Of a DNA stretch of 64,000 nt, positions 58,471 through 64,000 are shown piece by piece. Where the stretch lies: positions 224,001 to 288,000 of the forward strand of contig CAXXGJ010000006.1 in assembly GCA_963677895.2 (NCBI GenBank). The letters are read 5' to 3'. Under the pieces are notes generated by a model. That model made no database searches and had not been told where the DNA came from. It saw only the letters and a list, made by a program, of their open reading frames with translations. Positions within the stretch are counted from its first letter, which is position 1; the number at the start of each line of letters is the position of its first letter. This DNA comes from Treponemataceae bacterium. Its GTDB lineage: Bacteria > Spirochaetota > Spirochaetia > Treponematales > Rectinemataceae. The position numbers and the translations under genes are program-made.

Positions 58471-60057
58471 ATGAAAAGACAACTCAGGAGCGCGTTGATC
58501 GTGGCGGCGATAATTACCGTTGTTCTTCAGGCGACCGGAGCTGCCGGCATGCTGAAGATCGGACTTTCCTCGGAGGAAGGAACTCTGAATCCTTACACTT
58601 ATAAAACGGAAACAGGCATAGATCTGGTACGTCTGGTGAGCGATCCACTGTTCCAGATTGATAAGGATCTCATAGCAAAGCCCTGGCTCGTTGAATCCTA
58701 CAGCCTCAGCGCGGACAAGCTTCTTTTGACGATGAAGTTGCACGATAACGTGAAATGGCACGACGGTAAGCCGCTCACCTCAGCGGACGTAAAATTCACC
58801 TACGAGTACATCCAGAAATATCCGAAATCGCGCTTTACCAATCCGGCTAAGAATATCATCGCGATTGAGGCTCCGGATTCGCTCACCGTAACCATGAAAT
58901 TCAAGAAATACTTGCCGGACATGTTCTATCGGCCGCTCGCGGACATGCCGATACTGCCCAAACATATCTGGGAAAAGATTGACAATCCGGACGCGTCGAC
59001 GGTGATGGTCGGTTCGGGCGCTTTCATCCTCACCGATGTGAAACCAGGCGAAATGTACCGCATGAAGGCCAATAAGGCTTTCTTCATGGGAGCGCCGGAT
59101 GTAGATGAAATTGTCATCCCTCTCATAAAGGATACGACCGCCCTCTTCACCGCGTTGAAAGCCGGATCCCTGGACATCACCACAAGAAATCTCGCGCCTG
59201 AATTGATCAAGGATTTCGCCGCGGACAAGAATCTGAAAATACTGAAGGGATCGGGATTCTCGACGACGATGATCTATTTCAACAACGAACGTCCTCCCTT
59301 CGACAAGAAGGAGTTTCGGCAGGCATTGGCCTACGCGATCAATCGCAAGGAAATCCTCGATGTCGTCATCTTGGGCGTCGGAACCGTCGGAAGCATGGGA
59401 TTCGTGCATCCCGATCTGATGAATTATAATCCTTCGATCAATCAATATGCCTATGATCTGGAAAAATCGAAAAAGCTCCTCGACTCCATCGGCTTTATCG
59501 ACAAAAACGGAGACGGACTCCGCGAATCGGATCAGGGTAAACCGCTTGATTTTAAAATCCTTGTCTATGCGAACAATGCCTTGCGAATCAGGGCGGCCGA
59601 ACTCATGAAAGAGTCTTTCGCGAAAATCGGAGTGAAGGTTACCATTTCCGCCCTCGATATGGCGGTCGTGGATGACCTCGCGTGGCCGGATTTCGACGCC
59701 AAGAACGGCCGCAACTACGATATGACGATGTGGGGCTGGGGAGCGTCCAGCATGAACGCTATCAACCGCTATGTCGAGATGTTGAATTCCGATTTCGCCA
59801 AGGGGCCATCGAACCATGGAGCCTTCAAGAGCGCGGCGGCGGACGCGGTATTGAACGAGATGGCGACCGAGGTCGATTTCGCGAAGCGAGACCTGCTCGT
59901 GAAAAAAATGCAAACGATAGTCGCGGAGGAAGTACCTTTCGTGACGCTTTACTACGCCGACCAGGATTTCGCCTACAATTTTAGGGCAAAAGACACATGG
60001 GTATTCCAGAAGGGCAAGGGACCGGTCACGGTTCTTTCCTTCGTGAAAGGATTCTAA
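58471..60057 (+). CDS. Peptide ABC transporter substrate-binding protein
   Basis: Signal peptide, VKWHDGKPLTSADVKFT, PFDKKEFRQALAYAINR. Confidence 0.92.
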   Translation: MKRQLRSALIVAAIITVVLQATGAAGMLKIGLSSEEGTLNPYTYKTETGIDLVRLVSDPLFQIDKDLIAKPWLVESYSLSADKLLLTMKLHDNVKWHDGKPLTSADVKFTYEYIQKYPKSRFTNPAKNIIAIEAPDSLTVTMKFKKYLPDMFYRPLADMPILPKHIWEKIDNPDASTVMVGSGAFILTDVKPGEMYRMKANKAFFMGAPDVDEIVIPLIKDTTALFTALKAGSLDITTRNLAPELIKDFAADKNLKILKGSGFSTTMIYFNNERPPFDKKEFRQALAYAINRKEILDVVILGVGTVGSMGFVHPDLMNYNPSINQYAYDLEKSKKLLDSIGFIDKNGDGLRESDQGKPLDFKILVYANNALRIRAAELMKESFAKIGVKVTISALDMAVVDDLAWPDFDAKNGRNYDMTMWGWGASSMNAINRYVEMLNSDFAKGPSNHGAFKSAAADAVLNEMATEVDFAKRDLLVKKMQTIVAEEVPFVTLYYADQDFAYNFRAKDTWVFQKGKGPVTVLSFVKGF

Positions 60058-60135
60058 TGTATTCGCAGAGAGGGGAGGACTCTTAGTCTCCTCCTCTCTA
60101 TCGCTGATAGACGATGGCAAGGGGAGCGATAGCGG

Positions 60136-61101
60136 ATGTTTCGGTTTTATACGAGCAAGCTGATTCAGTACTCAATACTGCTTTTTCTCGCGGCTTCCCT
60201 CAATTTCGCCCTTCCGAGACTCATGCCTGGGGACCCCCTTCGATACGTAGTCGGCGAGGATATCACCATGATGAGCGCCGCGGAGAAGGAAGCGATGCGC
60301 GCGAAGATGGGGCTTAATGAGCCAATGGTGATGCAGTATCTCGAATACTTCGGGGAGTTGCTGCAAGGCAATCTCGGTTATTCTTTCAGGGAGAATAAGA
60401 CAGTTTCCGCCGTAATTGCCACTCGACTCCCCTGGACTCTGCTATTGGCAGCCCTCAATATAGTCATTTCCACGCTATTAGGCGCCGCGGCCGGCGCCTT
60501 GGCCGCGTGGCGGCGCGGTTCGAAGCTCGATCTGGGAATGGGCACATTTTTCATCTTCTTGCGTTCCATGCCCTCATTCTGGATCGGCATGATACTTGTC
60601 GCGATTTTCGGATCCACGCTCAAGTGGCTGCCAGTGTACGGGGCCTATACGATGTGGAGCTACTACAAGGGACTGGCGCAGGTATTGGACATCCTGAAAC
60701 ATCTGGTGCTCCCATTGACCACTATGGTGATTCTTTCCGTCACGTCCATCTACATCACGATGCGGTATTCGATGATAAACACGCTCGGCGAGGACTACAT
60801 CACGATGGCGGAACTCAAGGGAATTCCGGAGAAGAAGATAAAATATCGTCATGCCATGAGAAACGCCCTCATACCGGTGGTGACGGTCGTGATGATGAAC
60901 ATCGGCTATATGGTCGGCGGCGCCACGGTGGTCGAGACGGTCTTCGCCTATCCCGGGACGGGTCGACTGCTTTTCGAAGCCGTGAGCAATCGAGATTACC
61001 CATTGATACAAGGCTGTTTCTTCGTGATCACGTTGTGCGTCATAGTGGCGAATATCATCGCCGATCTCCTGTATCCCCTGCTTGACCCCAAGGTGGCTTA
61101 A
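60136..61101 (+). CDS. Peptide ABC transporter permease (DppB-like)
   Basis: PRLMPGDP, GNLGYS, EDYITMAELKG, RDYPLIQG. Confidence 0.92.
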   Translation: MFRFYTSKLIQYSILLFLAASLNFALPRLMPGDPLRYVVGEDITMMSAAEKEAMRAKMGLNEPMVMQYLEYFGELLQGNLGYSFRENKTVSAVIATRLPWTLLLAALNIVISTLLGAAAGALAAWRRGSKLDLGMGTFFIFLRSMPSFWIGMILVAIFGSTLKWLPVYGAYTMWSYYKGLAQVLDILKHLVLPLTTMVILSVTSIYITMRYSMINTLGEDYITMAELKGIPEKKIKYRHAMRNALIPVVTVVMMNIGYMVGGATVVETVFAYPGTGRLLFEAVSNRDYPLIQGCFFVITLCVIVANIIADLLYPLLDPKVA

Positions 61102-61102
61102 G

Positions 61103-61960
61103 ATGTCAAGACAGATGGATACGGTGAAGCTGTTTCTCAAGAATAAAACCGGCGTTGTTGGACTCATCATCCTCGCCTGCTTTGTCTTTGTCGCGATTTT
61201 CGCGCCTCTGATTTCCCCTTACGATCCCTATGAGCGTATAGGGAAGCCCTTCGAGCATCCGTCCTTCAAACATCTTCTCGGGACGAACGATATCGGTCAG
61301 GATATCTTGAGCGAAGTGCTGTTCGGCACGAGGATTTCGCTGCTGATCGGCGTTCTTTCGGCGGCGGTTTCCCTGGTGATCGGTACGATGGTCGGATTGA
61401 CCGCCGGCTATATCGGCGGCAGAACCGACGCGATCTTGATGAGGGCGGTGGACTTGAATCTTGTCATTCCGATGCTGCCTTTGATGATTTTGCTGGCCGC
61501 GTTTTTCGGGCCGAGTTTCTGGAATATTATCCTGGTCATCGGCGTCCTTTCCTGGGCAAGCCCGGCGAGGGTTATCCGATCACAGGTTCTGACGGTCAAA
61601 AATAAAGGCTATGTAGAGTCCGTCCAGGTATTGGGGGCAAGACCCTGGTATACGATTCGCAAGCATATCCTTCCGCCGACGATGTCGATCATCATCTCGC
61701 AGCTCATTCTGATGTCGTCGCGCGCGATCCTTACCGAAGCCTCGCTCAGCTTTTTAGGGCTTGGGGATCCCACGCAGAAAAGTTGGGGAATCATCCTTTT
61801 TTATGCCCAATCAAGAAGCGCATTTCTGACAAACGCGTGGATTTGGTGGATCCTTCCGCCGGGAATTCTCATCACGCTGCTGGTCATTTCCTTTTCATAC
61901 ATCGGGAATGCCCTTGAGGAAATCGTGAATCCACGGCTCCGCAGGAAGGTGAAAGGATGA
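61103..61960 (+). CDS. Peptide ABC transporter permease (DppC-like)
   Basis: HLLGTNDIGQDI, EASLSFLGLG, SWG, NPRLR. Confidence 0.92.
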   Translation: MSRQMDTVKLFLKNKTGVVGLIILACFVFVAIFAPLISPYDPYERIGKPFEHPSFKHLLGTNDIGQDILSEVLFGTRISLLIGVLSAAVSLVIGTMVGLTAGYIGGRTDAILMRAVDLNLVIPMLPLMILLAAFFGPSFWNIILVIGVLSWASPARVIRSQVLTVKNKGYVESVQVLGARPWYTIRKHILPPTMSIIISQLILMSSRAILTEASLSFLGLGDPTQKSWGIILFYAQSRSAFLTNAWIWWILPPGILITLLVISFSYIGNALEEIVNPRLRRKVKG

Positions 61961-62000
61961 AGAATTCACGGATTGCCTTCTATAGCGGCTGGAGGACCGG

Positions 62001-62984
62001 ATGCCAGTCCTGAGCGTACGGGATATAACGACCGTTTACCGCACTCCCGACGGCAATGCGCTTGCGCTGGATGCCTTCAGTATCGATCTCGAGAAGGGAG
62101 AGATGCTTGGCTTGATCGGGGAATCGGGCTGCGGAAAGACGACGGCTGGTTATTCGATTCTCAGGGCGGTAAAGTATCCGGGCTTGATGATGGGGGGATC
62201 GGTGCTGCTCGACGGCGTGGATCTGGCGTCCTTGGGGCCGGAAGCATTGCGGCGTCACCTATGGAAAGACATCGCCATGATTCCGCAATGCGCGATGAAC
62301 GCGCTGAATCCTTCGTACCGCATCGGGGCGCAGATCGCGGAAGCTATCACCACACATGAGCCTCTCGTGCCGAAAGCTGAAGTCGCTGCCCGCGTAAAAA
62401 TTCTCCTCGACTCGGTGGGGCTCAATTCCGGATGGGTAAATTCCTTTCCCCACAAACTGAGCGGGGGAATGAAACAGCGTGTCGTGATCGCGATGGCGCT
62501 TGCTTGTAGCCCAAAGGTGATCATAGCGGATGAATCGACTACGGGTCTGGACGTGCTCGTTCAGGCGCAAATCATGGCACTCTTGAAAAAAATCCAGACG
62601 GAGAGGAACCTCGGGATCATTCTGATATCGCACGATTTGCCGATGGTCGCCGACGTATGTGATCGCATCGGCATCATGTATGCGGGCTCTCTCGTCGAGA
62701 CGGGAGCGACGGAAGAAATCATGCGGCATCCTCAACATCCCTACACGAAGGCTTTATTGGCTTCTCAGATAAGGTTAGACGACCTGCATTCGGTCGTGCG
62801 CCCCATCGAAGGTTGTGTTCCTAATCTGGTGGAAAAGGATCCGGGTTGCAGATTTCGTGGAAGATGCAGGTTTTCTATCGAGATATGCGCCGGCGAAAAA
62901 CCCTCTTTGTCAAAAATCGGAAACAGCCATCGCTGCGCATGCCACCATATGAAAGCCTTGTCGAGGGAGAATGCCTATGCGTGA
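62001..62984 (+). CDS. Peptide ABC transporter ATP-binding protein (DppD-like)
   Basis: GESGCGKT, LSGGMKQR, IIADEST, HPYT. Confidence 0.92.
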   Translation: MPVLSVRDITTVYRTPDGNALALDAFSIDLEKGEMLGLIGESGCGKTTAGYSILRAVKYPGLMMGGSVLLDGVDLASLGPEALRRHLWKDIAMIPQCAMNALNPSYRIGAQIAEAITTHEPLVPKAEVAARVKILLDSVGLNSGWVNSFPHKLSGGMKQRVVIAMALACSPKVIIADESTTGLDVLVQAQIMALLKKIQTERNLGIILISHDLPMVADVCDRIGIMYAGSLVETGATEEIMRHPQHPYTKALLASQIRLDDLHSVVRPIEGCVPNLVEKDPGCRFRGRCRFSIEICAGEKPSLSKIGNSHRCACHHMKALSRENAYA

Positions 62985-63993
62985 CATTCCGATACTGGAA
63001 GTCGAAGGACTTAAAAAGACATTCGGCCAGAAAGCGCATTTTACGCATTTTAGCCGAAGGAACCATAAAGCCTCTAGAAGCGACGTGTACGCGCTTGACG
63101 ATGTTTCGTTCTCTCTGATGAAAGGAGAAACTTTAGGTATCATTGGCGAGTCCGGCTGCGGAAAGAGCACAACCGCCAGAATTCTCGTCGGTCTCGTGAA
63201 ACCGGACTCAGGCGCCTTGCGTTTCGAAGGTGAGAATATCCTGAAGATGGGCCCAGCTGGCATGCAGGCATATAGGAAACAGGTGCAAATTGTTTTTCAG
63301 GATCCCTACGAGTACTTGAATCCAAGGATGACGTTGAGGGATATAGTCTGTGAACCGCTCGTCATCAACCATATGGTTGGGAGCGAGGGGGAAAAGGAAA
63401 AGGTAGCTGAAAAATACCTGGAACAGGTTGGCCTCGCCCCCGCCAAGGACTTCTCAAAACGTTATACGCACGAGCTGAGCGGCGGACAGAGACAACGTGT
63501 GGCGGTTGCCCGCGCGCTTGTGCTACACCCTAAGCTGCTGATCGCGGACGAACCTACCTCCATGCTCGACGTCTCAGTGCGCGCCGGAATCTTGAATCTC
63601 CTGAAAAGCCTCATTCTGGAGTACAGGATGTCCATGGTATTCATAACCCACGACATCGCGACCTCCGGCTATATGTGCGACAAGCTTGCCGTAATGTACA
63701 AAGGGCGAATCGTCGAAATAGGAGACCGAGACGCCATCATACGAGCGCCGCAACACCCCTATACCAAAGCCTTGGTGCAAGTCTGCACGGACCTGCAGGG
63801 TTTCATCAAGGAGCGAAAAACGTTTATCAAGGAAGGAGAAGTTGATGCCTTCGAGCGTGGTGGGCACTGTTGTTTCGAGGCGCGCTGCGTGTGCCGGGAC
63901 TCTGAATGCGGCTGTGGCTGCGAGGGAAAACAGGAAATGGTAGAGGTCGGGGTAGGCCATTTCGTCGCATGCGCGCATTGTAATTGCGGATAA
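62971..63993 (+). CDS. Peptide ABC transporter ATP-binding protein (DppF-like)
   Basis: GESGCGKS, LSGGQRQR, LIADEPT, Cys-rich C-terminus. Confidence 0.92.
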   Translation: MPMRDIPILEVEGLKKTFGQKAHFTHFSRRNHKASRSDVYALDDVSFSLMKGETLGIIGESGCGKSTTARILVGLVKPDSGALRFEGENILKMGPAGMQAYRKQVQIVFQDPYEYLNPRMTLRDIVCEPLVINHMVGSEGEKEKVAEKYLEQVGLAPAKDFSKRYTHELSGGQRQRVAVARALVLHPKLLIADEPTSMLDVSVRAGILNLLKSLILEYRMSMVFITHDIATSGYMCDKLAVMYKGRIVEIGDRDAIIRAPQHPYTKALVQVCTDLQGFIKERKTFIKEGEVDAFERGGHCCFEARCVCRDSECGCGCEGKQEMVEVGVGHFVACAHCNCG

Positions 63994-64000
63994 AAGTCTC

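Overview
High-GC bacterial chromosome segment. The left flank carries a Dpp/Opp peptide ABC operon, glpK and housekeeping genes. The right flank carries metal-homeostasis genes and a second peptide ABC operon. Between them is a visibly lower-GC integrative element of about 31.4 kb (13680-45122), inserted in the 3' half of a tRNA-CAT (probably Ile2) gene and bounded by a perfect 43-bp att duplication. It also has paired integrase arm-type repeats and an outward-facing promoter that would drive the integrase only after circularisation. Its backbone is tyrosine integrase, excisionase-like HTH, degenerate DnaB-like protein, rolling-circle (gene II/X / Rep_trans-like) initiator and a catalytically dead IS481-like protein, with no recognisable capsid or conjugation genes. 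The cargo is a dense defence arsenal: UvrD-nuclease, RloAB, type III R-M, Sir2-HerA plus a KTSC gene, RmuC, a second recombinase, an sce7726-sce7725-RES triad, and a C5-methyltransferase coupled to a MORC/GHKL ATPase-TIR fusion with no endonuclease. The most unexpected signal is the asymmetric octamer TCCTTACG. A manual scan found it about 20 times on the + strand of the element against once on the - strand, in all three codon phases and clustered in a non-coding putative origin. It was not seen in the host flanks or in the apparently recent cassettes. A decayed third att copy at 46950-46992 shows the tRNA is a repeatedly used hotspot. All family assignments come from motif recognition by eye, not from database searches.
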